Below, in pieces: positions 37,847 through 47,626 of a stretch of 51,837 nt of DNA (within the stretch, counting starts at the first letter, position 1; each line of letters opens with the position of its first letter). Below the pieces are notes generated by a model. The model worked only from the letters and a program-made list of their open reading frames with translations. It made no database searches and was not told the origin of the DNA. The DNA lies in NCBI GenBank assembly GCA_021731005.1, contig JAKFYF010000081.1, forward strand, positions 1 to 51,837, written 5' to 3'. A program made the position numbers and the translations under genes. This DNA is from Hyphomonadaceae bacterium (GTDB lineage Bacteria; Pseudomonadota; Alphaproteobacteria; Caulobacterales; Aquidulcibacteraceae).

Positions 37847-38904
37847 TGTCGCTGAGCGCCTGCTGTGATCTGGTCGAACACCGCACCGTCGGCGAAATGC
37901 GCGGCGTGGATATCCGACCAGGTTCCGAACACATCACCGGCGGTGAACAATTCCAGGGCCGGGAATTGATCGGCGTGCCGCGCGAGCACTTCCGGGTCGG
38001 AAGGCCGGAAGAAGCGGCGCGCCGCGATTGCCTGCGCCTCGGGTGTATAAAGGAAGCGCAGATAGGCTTCGGCTACCTCTCGCGTGCCGTGCCGTTCGAC
38101 ATTGCGATCGACCCAAGCGACGGAGGGCTCGGCGAGAATACTAGTTGATGGCGTGACAATCTCGAACCGGCCTTCGCCGAACTCGTTCAGCGCCAGATGC
38201 GCTTCGTTCTCCCAGGTGATGAGCACGTCGCCGATATTGCGCTGAACGAAGGTCGTGGTCGAACCGCGCGCGCCAGTATCGAGCACGGGCACATTGGCGT
38301 AGAGGCGGCGAACAAAGTCGCGTGCGGCTGCCTCGCTGCCGCCCGGCTGACGAAGCGCATAGCCCCAGGCCGCCAGATAGTTCCAGCGCGCGCCTCCCGA
38401 TGTCTTGGGGTTCGGCGTAATGACGTCGACGCCGTCGCGGACGAGATCATCCCAGTCGCGAATGTTCTCAGGATTGCCGGCGCGGACCAGGAACACCATC
38501 GTCGAGGTATAGGGCGCGCTGTTGCGCGGCAGACGCGTCTGCCAGTCGGTTGCGATCAATCCCGTCGAAGCGATCTGATCGATGTCGTAGGGCACAGCGA
38601 GCGTCACAACATCAGCTTCGAGGCCATCGATGACCGCGCGCGCTTGCCTGCCTGAGCCGCCGTGCGACATCTCGATGGTCACGCCGGCTTCGCCGGGATG
38701 TTCGCTCGCCCATTGCGCTGCAAAGACCGAATTGACCTCATCATAGAGTTCACGCGTGGGGTCATAAGAGACGTTGAGCAATTGCGTGTCTGCCGCTGGC
38801 GGCCCGTCGCTTGGCGCGCCGCAAGCACTCACCGCAAGCAGGGCGCCCCCGAGCAGCGGGAACAACATCCGCCGCCGCAGACCTGATGTATTTGGCAGGT
38901 TCAT
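37843..38904 (-). CDS. sbp: Sulfate ABC transporter substrate-binding protein
   Basis: [46 protein letters not shown]. Confidence 0.95.
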   Translation of the reverse strand: MNLPNTSGLRRRMLFPLLGGALLAVSACGAPSDGPPAADTQLLNVSYDPTRELYDEVNSVFAAQWASEHPGEAGVTIEMSHGGSGRQARAVIDGLEADVVTLAVPYDIDQIASTGLIATDWQTRLPRNSAPYTSTMVFLVRAGNPENIRDWDDLVRDGVDVITPNPKTSGGARWNYLAAWGYALRQPGGSEAAARDFVRRLYANVPVLDTGARGSTTTFVQRNIGDVLITWENEAHLALNEFGEGRFEIVTPSTSILAEPSVAWVDRNVERHGTREVAEAYLRFLYTPEAQAIAARRFFRPSDPEVLARHADQFPALELFTAGDVFGTWSDIHAAHFADGAVFDQITAGAQRQ

Positions 38905-38915
38905 GTCGATCTCCC

Positions 38916-40304
38916 TCAGAATGTCCAGGTGATGTCGGCGTAGCCATAAAGGGTGTCGCCCTCGCCGGTGGCGTTCGGGGCCTGCTCAAGAAAATCGCCT
39001 TGCAGCAGGGCAGCGGCGCCAACGTCGAGACGCAGGGCGCGCGGCACAATCCAGTAGCGCGCCCGCGCTTCGATCTGGTGGCCGGCGAAATCGCCCGATG
39101 CGCCGCTGGCGTCGCGTATGCCGGTATTGGCGACGCTGTCGCGCGCTTCATCGAGATAGAGCGCGCGATAGAAGATGAAGCCGTCCCAGCGGTCGTCGGG
39201 ACGCACTTCGAGACGCAGGCCTGGCGATGAGATGTTTGAACGTCCAAGCGGCCCGTAAATGCCCGTCGGGCCGAAATCCGGACGCCGTGGGCCATAAAGG
39301 CTGTCAAAGCGGCCGTACTCAGCGTCCGCCGAAGATGCGTCGCCGCTGGCGTAATCGTATTCGAAGGCCAATCGCGGCGCCCAAGGCGCATCCCAGCGAA
39401 AGCCGAATTCAAGGTGCGCGTAGGAGGCCTCGACATCGAGGTCGGTCACATCGGCGGGGCTGGAGGAGCCGCGCGTTTCGCCGCTTTGCACGCCGCCTTC
39501 GATCTCGAAATCCCAGTGGCCTGCTGCCGGGTCGCGATAGAAGCGAAAGCCTGGCGTGATCAGGTGGCGGTTGCGCGTGGGTCGGTCGGCCGAATCTTCT
39601 TCATCGAGCCCAAAGACGAACGCTTCGCCGCGCGCGCCGAACGGCAGATTCCGCGCCGCCAAAAAGACGCCCCAGAATGTCAGATCGTCCGTTTCGTCGT
39701 CCCACGCGATGTCGTTGTCGAGAATGGAGGCCTTGTCCGAAGGCAGGCGCGTATGCGGCAGGGTGTAGAATAGCGTGAGCTGCGTTTGGTCAGCGCTGGT
39801 CCAATCGAAACGTGCGCCGGTGAACGCATTCGTGGTGTTGCGGAAGTTGTTGCGGCCGACGAGACGGCGCGAGCCCAGATCGATGGTGAAGCGTCCAAGC
39901 TGCAAGTCAGCGCTTGCGCCGTCTGCAAACGCGTCATTGAAGCGGTAGCCGACATACGCTTGCGACAGTTCGAGAGCGTTAACTTCGCCCGTCCCCGCCG
40001 CGCCGCCGGCATCGCCTCCATAGGCGCGCGAGTCGAAGATTTCCCCGCCGATCCGGAAATCATCGAGACGCGCCTCGGCGAACAGCGTGGTCCTCAGGCT
40101 GACAAGCTGATCGCTTCCTGCGAGGCCCGGCCGAAACTGACCGTCGAGGCTTTCATAGCGCGTGCGGAAACTGCCGCTGAGCGTGAGCCAGTCTGGTGCG
40201 CCGGCGGCGTTTTCGAGCGTCCACGGCGCCCCTTCCTGCGCGGCGGCGGGCGCGGTGAGGGCCAACGCGGCGGCGCTCGCTGCCAACACAACACGAACTC
40301 TCAT
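38916..40304 (-). CDS. Alginate export (AlgE-like) family outer-membrane beta-barrel
   Basis: Signal peptide, [33 protein letters not shown]-terminal Phe. Confidence 0.85.
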   Translation of the reverse strand: MRVRVVLAASAAALALTAPAAAQEGAPWTLENAAGAPDWLTLSGSFRTRYESLDGQFRPGLAGSDQLVSLRTTLFAEARLDDFRIGGEIFDSRAYGGDAGGAAGTGEVNALELSQAYVGYRFNDAFADGASADLQLGRFTIDLGSRRLVGRNNFRNTTNAFTGARFDWTSADQTQLTLFYTLPHTRLPSDKASILDNDIAWDDETDDLTFWGVFLAARNLPFGARGEAFVFGLDEEDSADRPTRNRHLITPGFRFYRDPAAGHWDFEIEGGVQSGETRGSSSPADVTDLDVEASYAHLEFGFRWDAPWAPRLAFEYDYASGDASSADAEYGRFDSLYGPRRPDFGPTGIYGPLGRSNISSPGLRLEVRPDDRWDGFIFYRALYLDEARDSVANTGIRDASGASGDFAGHQIEARARYWIVPRALRLDVGAAALLQGDFLEQAPNATGEGDTLYGYADITWTF

Positions 40305-40421
40305 CGCGATCCCCTCGCGTCTGCGGCGGCTCACCGCCCGGTCCGCCAGAGCTAAGTTCGTTTACTACACCGAGTCAATCGACAATAAACTATAGAGGAG
40401 GTTTAGCGGAGCTGAAGGGGG

Positions 40422-40895
40422 CTATTCAGCGCTCGCCGCTTTTTGATCGGCTTCGTGTGCGCTCAGGCTTGTCGGGAGCCCAGCGGCCTCGGAGAGCGTC
40501 ATGCCCTCCAAGATGACAGCGGAGGCGTCTCGAACCTTCAGCATCGTCTTGCGGATGGCGCAGATGGCTTCATCGCGGCAGTCTTCGCAGCGCTGATAGG
40601 CGGTGCGGCTGGTGCAGGGCGTCAGGGCGACGGGACCGTCTACTGCCCTGATAACATCAGCAAAAGTAATGAGATCAGGCGCTTTTGCGAGGGCATAGCC
40701 GCCCGCCTTGCCGCGGTGGCTGACCACCAGCCCGTGCTTGCGAAGCTCAAGCAGAATGTTCTCCAGGAACCGGCGCGGGATGTCCTGTCGTTCAGCAATA
40801 TCGCCGATGAAAAAGGGCCGCCGAGGACCTGCGCCCGTTTGCGCGGCCAGATCAATCATGGCCCGAAGGGCGTACTTTGCTTTACTCGTGAGCAT
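40422..40895 (-). CDS. Rrf2 family transcriptional regulator
   Basis: KAKYALRAMIDLA, IPRRFLENILLELR, RGKAGGY; Cys cluster C..RCEDC....C. Confidence 0.95.
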   Translation of the reverse strand: MLTSKAKYALRAMIDLAAQTGAGPRRPFFIGDIAERQDIPRRFLENILLELRKHGLVVSHRGKAGGYALAKAPDLITFADVIRAVDGPVALTPCTSRTAYQRCEDCRDEAICAIRKTMLKVRDASAVILEGMTLSEAAGLPTSLSAHEADQKAASAE

Positions 40896-41003
40896 GGGGA
40901 AACCAGAGCCATAGAATACTGACGCCGTCCATATATAACACGATAAAGTCGGGTGGGTAACTGAGGCGGACAAACCAATTCGGAGGTCTGCTTATGCTCC
41001 CAT

Positions 41004-41152
41004 GTTCGACCTCGGCCCGAGCAGGGCGCGAGGTCGAACGAAAACGGGACGTGGCTCCCACGTCCCGACACCTTCCGCGCCGCCATCGCGCGCAAGCCGG
41101 CGTCCAGGGCGAAGAGGCGAAGCCGTCCCTTGACGCCGGCGCGCACGATGGC
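41004..41152. other. Hairpin-dense non-coding segment
   Basis: GTTCGACCTCG/CGAGGTCGAAC, CGGGACGTGG/CCACGTCCCG, GCCATCG/CGATGGC enclosing GCCGGCGTC/GACGCCGGC. Confidence 0.65.
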
Positions 41153-41161
41153 AGGAGACCC

Positions 41162-41269
41162 GCGTCAGGGAGCGCGGCCCAGAGGGCGAAGACGCGCTCT
41201 TGATGCTGGCGAAGCGGCGCGGCTTCGTGCGTCAGCACAAGCGCCCGGCCGCCGCAGGCGGCGACGCCC
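41162..41269 (+). repeat. Multi-hairpin (cloverleaf) element, copy 2
   Basis: Same ends (GCGTCAGGGA ... GCCCGGCCGCC-N3-GGCGGCGACGCCC) and same stems as 23441-23536, with changed loops. Confidence 0.75.
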
Positions 41270-41305
41270 GGATCATGCGTCCTTAGGACATAACCATACG
41301 ATTTA

Positions 41306-41334
41306 TTGCAATGAGACAGGCTATAACCTATCTT
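41306..41334 (+). promoter_or_regulatory. Putative sigma70 promoter
   Basis: TTGCAA-N17-TATCTT in an AT-rich patch upstream of the mobile mystery A gene; overlaps an imperfect inverted repeat ACCTATCT/AGATAAGGT. Confidence 0.5.
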
Positions 41335-41362
41335 AAACAACCACCAGATAAGGTCATACCCT

Positions 41363-41815
41363 GTGAAAGCCGCCCCGACCCTGGCCCGCCGTCGGCTCGA
41401 TGAGCGCCTCAAAGCCTTTGCCGGCCTTGGGGCCGCGCCCCCTATGGGCTGGGTCCGCGCCCTTCGCGACGCCCTGGGCCTTACCGGCGCTCAATTGGCG
41501 CGCCGCCTGGGCATCCGCCCGGCGAGCCTTTCCGAGCTTGAGAAGAACGAAGCGAAAGGCGCCATCACGCTCGCCACCTTGAGGCGCGCCGCTGAAGCGC
41601 TCGATTGCACGCTGGTCTATGCGCTGGTCCCCAATCAGAGCCTCGATGCGATGGTGAAAGAGGCTGCGACCGCTGCGGCGCAACGCGAACTCGCCGCCTC
41701 GTTTCACACCATGGCGCTGGAAGGCCAGGACCTTCGCGCCGCCGACAAGCGCGAGATGGTGGAAGAGCTTGCAGCCGACATTGCCAGGGCGGGCGGCAAG
41801 CGCCTTTGGGGCTGA
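41363..41815 (+). CDS. Mobile mystery protein A (XRE-type HTH)
   Basis: PPMGWVRALRDALGLT..QLARRLG, E..GAITL.TLRRAAEALDC.LVYALVP, TMALEGQ, LW C-terminus. Confidence 0.9.
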   Translation: MKAAPTLARRRLDERLKAFAGLGAAPPMGWVRALRDALGLTGAQLARRLGIRPASLSELEKNEAKGAITLATLRRAAEALDCTLVYALVPNQSLDAMVKEAATAAAQRELAASFHTMALEGQDLRAADKREMVEELAADIARAGGKRLWG

Positions 41816-41885
41816 CTGGGCGCGCCAACCTTGTCCGCCTGCGCGCGGCGTGCGATCCCGGACTCGTTGGAATGAGGTGGGGCTC

Positions 41886-42617
41886 ATGCGTTTCTTGTGC
41901 GTTGCGATTTCGCTTACTCTGCTCGCAGGATGCGGTCCGGCGGCGGAGCAATCCGCTTCCGGCGCCTCAGACGCGCCTGTCGCATGCGCTGACGGAAGCA
42001 CGCGCCTCTCCGGAACGGGGCTCTGCCAGAGCGAAGCGAGTGCATTGCTTGTCTCCGATCCTGATGTGCGCACGCCCGAACTCGAAAACTGCACTTGGAG
42101 CGTGAAGGAAATCATGTTGCCGGGCGACGAGGCCTTGCTCTATCGCGCCGCCACGTGTGGAGGCGTTGAAACGATTCTCGAATACGCTGGCGGCGCGCAC
42201 CGCGCCGAGATTTCTTATGGAAGCTCCGCCGTCTACGGCGACGCTGCGAGAGGGCGCATTGTTGTTGCGCTCTACGGAACCGATCCTGATCCACAAGGCG
42301 CGCTAAACGCCGCCATCGCTGAGCTGCCTGCGCGCGATCGCGGATCGTGTCAGATCGTTCCGGCCGAACGCGAAGGCTGGCCAGCGGATGCGTTGCTGAT
42401 CGCGCCCAGCGCACAAGCGCGCGCAAGACTTTTCGAGGGCCGTCCCGTCGTTGCGTGCGGGCCGCTGGGCATCGACGAAACAAAGGTGAGTTACTGGCGC
42501 GTACGCCAAGGGTTTGCCTGGTTCTTCGATCTCGGCGATCGTGATCCGGATTTTAGCGCAGGCAACATGGCGGTTTTCTCGCGCAGCCCGGACGGCTCTT
42601 GGCGGCTCAAGGCCTGA
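41886..42617 (+). CDS. Hypothetical Cys-containing lipoprotein
   Basis: Lipobox LLAGC; six further Cys; GAGG RBS. Confidence 0.7.
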   Translation: MRFLCVAISLTLLAGCGPAAEQSASGASDAPVACADGSTRLSGTGLCQSEASALLVSDPDVRTPELENCTWSVKEIMLPGDEALLYRAATCGGVETILEYAGGAHRAEISYGSSAVYGDAARGRIVVALYGTDPDPQGALNAAIAELPARDRGSCQIVPAEREGWPADALLIAPSAQARARLFEGRPVVACGPLGIDETKVSYWRVRQGFAWFFDLGDRDPDFSAGNMAVFSRSPDGSWRLKA

Positions 42618-42799
42618 TCTTCGTTCGGCTTAAGCGCAATCCTAGCGGTCGAGGTTGATCGCGCGATACTCGCTCTCATTTGCGTTCGCCTGACCGTAGA
42701 TGTCATCCGCCGGCTCTCCGACCCAATCGCCGCCCCGGGGAAGAGGCGCGACATTGGAGCGCTTGCGCGTTAACGGGATTCCACGTCATAAGTGAGGGC

Positions 42800-43234
42800 A
42801 TGTTGCGGGGGCTACGCCACCATAGAACTGGGTTCGCCCAGGCGCTTGCAGCGTTCGCGCTGCTGGCGATGGTTGTGCGTGCGCTCGTTCCGGCCGGCTA
42901 CATGTTCACGCCGAGCCAGGATCAACGCTTCATCACGGTGACCTTGTGCTCCGGTCATGGACCCGCCGAACTCGTCATGGACCTGACGACAGGCGTCGTC
43001 GTTGATCCGGGTTCAACGAACCAGAACGACGCGCCTTCCAAGAGCGCGCCTGGCGCCGATGCGCCCTGCGTCTTTGCTGTTGCGGCGGCGCTCTCTGCGC
43101 CAGAGCAACCGGCGTCCTTGCCTTTTGTCTTCCGTCTCGCGTCCGCCGCCCTCCCGCGCGCGATCGCGGTTGCGCCCGGCCGCGGCCTTGCCGCACCGCC
43201 GCCCTGGTCCACCGGACCTCCGCTCACAGTCTGA
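42800..43234 (+). CDS. DUF2946-like protein (candidate copper-responsive leader)
   Basis: TM ending RALVPAGYM, LCSGHG, PCVFA, C-terminal APPPWSTGPP. Confidence 0.8.
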   Translation: MLRGLRHHRTGFAQALAAFALLAMVVRALVPAGYMFTPSQDQRFITVTLCSGHGPAELVMDLTTGVVVDPGSTNQNDAPSKSAPGADAPCVFAVAAALSAPEQPASLPFVFRLASAALPRAIAVAPGRGLAAPPPWSTGPPLTV

Positions 43235-43315
43235 TGATGTCTCAAACCGCGGCCTGAACGCCGCAGGGCAGGCGTGCGCGTAAGCGCCGCCGCATCATTT
43301 CGACTGTGAGCTTTC

Positions 43316-43630
43316 ATGACAGGACAAACCAGCGCGCAAGCGCGTGCACATCATGCGCCGATATCGAATGGCGCCGACTTATTCTGGCGGATTGCCAATC
43401 CGATCATGGCCGGCGCTATTGGATTTCACCTCGCCGACATCACGGGTGCGGTGGTCGGCGCCGGTCTGGCCATCGCGCTGCCATTTCTCCCGGCAGCGCT
43501 GAAGCGGCTCTCGCCCTTGCTGCGCAACGCCGCACGATGGATTGCGCCGCATCTGAAAACCGCTTGGGGCCGCTTGCTGGCCTATCTGCCGCTCAGTCTC
43601 GTGCGCGTGATTGAACGGAGGCGGTCATGA
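43316..43630 (+). CDS. Hypothetical small membrane protein
   Basis: 104-aa ORF with hydrophobic core; ATGA overlap with the next gene. Confidence 0.55.
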   Translation: MTGQTSAQARAHHAPISNGADLFWRIANPIMAGAIGFHLADITGAVVGAGLAIALPFLPAALKRLSPLLRNAARWIAPHLKTAWGRLLAYLPLSLVRVIERRRS

Positions 43631-44130
43631 GCATGGCCGATCCCGATCGCGTCTGGTTCGATGCGCGCATCGCGCCAAACCAGGCCATCAGCCGGCGCGG
43701 GCTTGCGCTGATTGGTGCGGGCCTGCTGGCGCCGGCCGTCCTCTTCAGCGGTTTCATGATCTTCATGGAGGCATGGCCCGCCTCGATCTTTCTCGGCGGC
43801 GAAGCGCTGCTCGCGGTCGCAGCGCTCTATTGGTGCGCCAAGCGTCTCTCCGAGCAATCCGAGCGCGTCCAGCTCACCGACAATGCACTCATCGTCGAGA
43901 ACTGGGATCGGGGCAGGGTCGTCGCCAGCGAGCGCATCGACCCGACCTGGGCGCATGTCGAGCGGCGCATCGACCGCGACTTCGGCTGCCAGGCCGTCTT
44001 CGTCCGCGTGCGCCGCCGCTACGTGCGTCTCGCCACAGCACTCAGTCCGCCCGAGCGTGCAGCCTTCGCCCAAGCCCTCGAGAACGCCCTCGATCAACGC
44101 AAAACCGGCTTCGCCAGAAGCGCGGCCTGA
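43627..44130 (+). CDS. DUF2244 family membrane protein
   Basis: FDARI.PN.AISRRG, GAWP-like EAWP, W..VE, LSPPER..FA.AL..AL. Confidence 0.8.
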   Translation: MSMADPDRVWFDARIAPNQAISRRGLALIGAGLLAPAVLFSGFMIFMEAWPASIFLGGEALLAVAALYWCAKRLSEQSERVQLTDNALIVENWDRGRVVASERIDPTWAHVERRIDRDFGCQAVFVRVRRRYVRLATALSPPERAAFAQALENALDQRKTGFARSAA

Positions 44131-44153
44131 ATTCATTTCGAAAGGAATAACCT

Positions 44154-46331
44154 ATGAAGCACTCTCTCTTTCTCTCGGTTGCGGCCCTATGCTTCACGCC
44201 ATCTCTTGCCATGGCTCAGGAAGTGGATCGAGTCGGCGTCGACACAATTGTCGTGATTGGCCAACGCACAGGGCCAGATTATCAAGCGAGCAATGCCAGC
44301 GCCGCTACGCGCACGCCGACCCCGCTCATGGAAACGCCCACGGCCGTGCAAGTGGTTCCACGCGCTGTCCTTGATGATCAAGGCGCGGTGCGCGTTGATC
44401 GAGCGCTTGAGAATGTGTCAGGGGTTTCGCTCGTTGACGGCCAAGGCGTCGAGAACTTTTTCCAGATTCGCGGATTTCAAACCGGCGATCTCTACCGCGA
44501 CGGCGTGCGTGCGCGCGCTGGCCGACTTCTTATGGGGCCGCGCGAAACCGCGAATGTCGAACGCATTGAGGTCGTCAAAGGGCCGGCGGCGGTGCTCTAT
44601 GGGCGCCTGGAGCCGGGAGGGCTCATCAACATCGTGCCCGAGCGGCCGCTTGGCGAAGCCTATGCGTCCGCGGAATTGCAGGTGGGTTCTGAGGAGTTCT
44701 CTCGCGGCACTCTGGATTTGTCCGGACCTCTGGGCGAGGGGGGCGCGCTGTTTTACCGGCTGAACGGCGCCTACGAACAGGCGGGCTCGTTCCGTGAGTT
44801 CCGCGAGAACGAGCGCACGTTCCTCGCACCCGTTTTGCAGTGGAACATCGGCCCCCAAACGCGCGCGCTGTTGGAGATTGAGTACCTCGATAGCCGCGAT
44901 CCGTTGGACTACCTCAACCCGGTGATCGGCGATGGCCCGATAGACTTGCCTCGAGCGCGCAATTTAGGCGAGGCGGGCTCGTTCATGGACACGACCGACA
45001 CGCGCACGACCTTCTCGCTTGCGCACGCCTTCTCCGATGCCTGGCGCATCACATTCAAGTACGACCATGACGATCTAAGCTTCGACATCCCGACACAAGC
45101 ATCGATCGGAGGACTCGTGGATCCGCTTGCATGTTCGCTTGCAAGCTGTGAAGTCTATCGCTTCCTAGTCGGCACGGACGGCGACGGTTCAAGCGACTAT
45201 GCCTCGCTCGAACTTGTGGGGGAGTTCGAGACTGGCGCGTTGTCGCACACATTACTAGTCGGCGCGGATTATCTTCGCGATCGCAATGACAACGTTTTCC
45301 AATTCAATTTCTTTTTCGATCCGATCGACATGTTCAATCCGGTGCATACGCCGGTCGACCCAAACGCGCTCAGTGCGCCGGATTATCGTTCGGACCAAAG
45401 CATTCGAGATACGTGGCGCGGATATTACATCCAGGATCAGATCGAGCTTCCGGGAAATGTCTTCCTGCTTGCTGGGGTTCGTTTCGACGACACGGAGTCG
45501 CGCAGTTCGCTGAGTGAGAGCCTGTTCGGCGACCCACCCACGCTGACAGCTAATTCCGCGGACGAAGACGCTACAACGCCAAGGTTTGGCGTGCTCTGGC
45601 GCCCGCGTCCGGAATTCAGTCTTTACGCGAATTATGTCGAGAACTTCGGCCGCTCCAACGGACGCAATGCCGATGGTGCGCTGCTGCCCGCGCAGACCGC
45701 TGAGCAGTGGGAAATCGGCGCCAAGACTGAATTTTCCGGCGGCCGCATTGTCGCCTCGGCGGCCCTATTCGACATTGCCAAGCAAAATCTCGCCGTCGCC
45801 GACCCTGATCCGGTTCAAGCCGCTGCCGGTTTCCAGGTCGCGGTCGGTGAAGTGCGGCACCGTGGGCTTGAGCTCGATGTGGCGGGTGAGTTGGCGCCCG
45901 GTTGGCGGCTTATCGCCAACTACGCCTACATCGACTCAGAGATCACCCGAGACGCGGTGGCGTCGGGCGGCGTCATTCTGCCAGGCAACACAGGTAATCG
46001 CTTGTTCGGCGTCCCCGAACACAGCGGCGCGATTTGGACGACCTATGAGTTCCAAGACGGTGCGCTGCAAGGATGGGATGTCGGCGCGGGCGTTGTGGCG
46101 CGAAGCGAGCGTGAGGGCGATAACGCCAATACGTTCACGCTGCCGGGCTACGCCACGGTGAACCTCATGGGACGATACAATTTCGATATTGGTGGACGCG
46201 ACGCCTCGTTCCAGCTCAATCTCGATAACGTCTTCGACGAAACCTACCACACGACAGCGGGCTCTCGTGACAGCGGCGTGGGCTTTGGCGCGCCGCGCTC
46301 GCTCCTTGCGTCCCTGCGTGTTGAATATTGA
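44154..46331 (+). CDS. TonB-dependent receptor (siderophore-receptor class)
   Basis: Signal peptide, TonB box DTIVVIG, ETP.AVQVV, IRGF, ERIEVVKGPAAVLYG..EPGG.IN, NLDNVFDETY, terminal aromatic residue. Confidence 0.95.
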   Translation: MKHSLFLSVAALCFTPSLAMAQEVDRVGVDTIVVIGQRTGPDYQASNASAATRTPTPLMETPTAVQVVPRAVLDDQGAVRVDRALENVSGVSLVDGQGVENFFQIRGFQTGDLYRDGVRARAGRLLMGPRETANVERIEVVKGPAAVLYGRLEPGGLINIVPERPLGEAYASAELQVGSEEFSRGTLDLSGPLGEGGALFYRLNGAYEQAGSFREFRENERTFLAPVLQWNIGPQTRALLEIEYLDSRDPLDYLNPVIGDGPIDLPRARNLGEAGSFMDTTDTRTTFSLAHAFSDAWRITFKYDHDDLSFDIPTQASIGGLVDPLACSLASCEVYRFLVGTDGDGSSDYASLELVGEFETGALSHTLLVGADYLRDRNDNVFQFNFFFDPIDMFNPVHTPVDPNALSAPDYRSDQSIRDTWRGYYIQDQIELPGNVFLLAGVRFDDTESRSSLSESLFGDPPTLTANSADEDATTPRFGVLWRPRPEFSLYANYVENFGRSNGRNADGALLPAQTAEQWEIGAKTEFSGGRIVASAALFDIAKQNLAVADPDPVQAAAGFQVAVGEVRHRGLELDVAGELAPGWRLIANYAYIDSEITRDAVASGGVILPGNTGNRLFGVPEHSGAIWTTYEFQDGALQGWDVGAGVVARSEREGDNANTFTLPGYATVNLMGRYNFDIGGRDASFQLNLDNVFDETYHTTAGSRDSGVGFGAPRSLLASLRVEY

Positions 46332-46342
46332 GGAGATTGGAG

Positions 46343-47479
46343 ATGAGGATGCTTAGGTTTGTGCACGCAATTGCGCTGGCCCTCTGCGCAATGGTGGTGG
46401 CTGCGGGTATCGGGCCTGGCGCGTTAGCGCAGCACGGCGACGGCGCAACGCCCGCGCCGCGACAGCTTGAAGTGGCGGTTCTTGTTTTTGAAGGCGTCGA
46501 GCTTCTTGATTTCGCCGGCCCCGGGGAGACCTTCGCGGTCGCGATGGACGCCAACGGCCACAGCCGCTTCAACGTTCACACAATTGGCCTGAGCCGCAGG
46601 CCCATCGTCAGCCAGGGTTTCGTGACCATTACGCCAGAGCGAACAATTCGCACTTGGCGGCGTCCAGACATCATAGTTGTTCCAGGCGGCGATCCAACGC
46701 CAATCTTCGAGAGCCCAACGGCGTTGGCCTGGCTGCGTGACGCCCACGCGCAGGGCGCGCTCATTCTCTCTGTTTGTAACGGCGCCACGGTGCTGGCGCG
46801 CGCGGGCTTGATGGACCGGCGTGAGGTTACAACCCACCACGGCGCCGTCGATCTCCTAAGATGGATGTCGCCGACGACGGTGGTGCACAATGATCGTCGC
46901 ATCGTCGATAGCGGCGATATCGTTACGAGCGGAGGAATCTCGGCGGGCATAGACGGGGCGCTTTACATGGTGGCGCGCCTCACCGACATCGATACCGCGC
47001 GCCGGGCGGCCATTCATATGGAGTACGATCAGTGGCGCGCTCTGGAGCCCGAAGTCCTACGGCTTCAGGCTTCCAGCGATGCGGTGAAGAGCGTGCCGGG
47101 CTATGTCTATCGCGATCCGCGCGACTGGGCGGTCTATCGCCTGTTCAACACCATCATGGACCGCGGTGTTCCGGCGGCGATGGCGGACTATCCCGCCATG
47201 TTCGCAAGCGCCGCGGGCCACGATCGCGAGATGATTGCAGAGCCGGGGATGATCGAAACCGCGCAATGGCTGCTTGAGAATGGCAGCGATCCCAATGTCA
47301 GCGCGCGCATCCTGGAATTCGTGGTGGCCGCTTATCCGGGCTCGGCCTCGGGATGGGAAAACCTTGCGCGCGCGCAAGCGCGCGCCGGCCGCGCGGAGGC
47401 CGCTCACGAAAGCTACAACGCTTGTCTCCGGATTGAGCCAAACAACCGTCGCTGCCGGGCAGGCGCGCGAGCCGCATGA
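46343..47479 (+). CDS. Exported DJ-1/PfpI family protein with C-terminal TPR-like helices
   Basis: Sec signal (..GALA/QHG), LLDFAGP, VPGG, SVCNGA, TSGGISAGID; WENLARAQ..G....A..SY..CLRIEPNN. Confidence 0.85.
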   Translation: MRMLRFVHAIALALCAMVVAAGIGPGALAQHGDGATPAPRQLEVAVLVFEGVELLDFAGPGETFAVAMDANGHSRFNVHTIGLSRRPIVSQGFVTITPERTIRTWRRPDIIVVPGGDPTPIFESPTALAWLRDAHAQGALILSVCNGATVLARAGLMDRREVTTHHGAVDLLRWMSPTTVVHNDRRIVDSGDIVTSGGISAGIDGALYMVARLTDIDTARRAAIHMEYDQWRALEPEVLRLQASSDAVKSVPGYVYRDPRDWAVYRLFNTIMDRGVPAAMADYPAMFASAAGHDREMIAEPGMIETAQWLLENGSDPNVSARILEFVVAAYPGSASGWENLARAQARAGRAEAAHESYNACLRIEPNNRRCRAGARAA

Positions 47480-47519
47480 GATCAACCAAGAAAACGCAAG
47501 CCACACGCAAGGAACTCAC

Positions 47520-47609
47520 ATGAAATATCTTCTGCTCTCCAGCGCCGCGGCGCTTTGCATCGCCCCCAGTTTGGCCTTTGCTCAAGAAGCAGGCGGCCCT
47601 GCGCACTGA
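47520..47609 (+). pseudogene. Signal-peptide-only remnant resembling the TonB receptor N-terminus
   Basis: AAGGA RBS plus MKYLLLSSAAALCIAPSLAFAQEAGGPAH* versus MKHSLFLSVAALCFTPSLAMAQEV of the receptor at 44154. Confidence 0.65.
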
Positions 47610-47626
47610 ATTTTGAGGAGAAGACG

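Noticed and set aside
38916-40304. Alginate biosynthesis/export locus
   Set aside because: No alg genes nearby; the context is sulfate transport
40882-41412. 176-aa reverse ORF across the hairpin region
   Set aside because: Overlaps two real genes and a promoter, has no family features; the region is better explained as structured non-coding DNA
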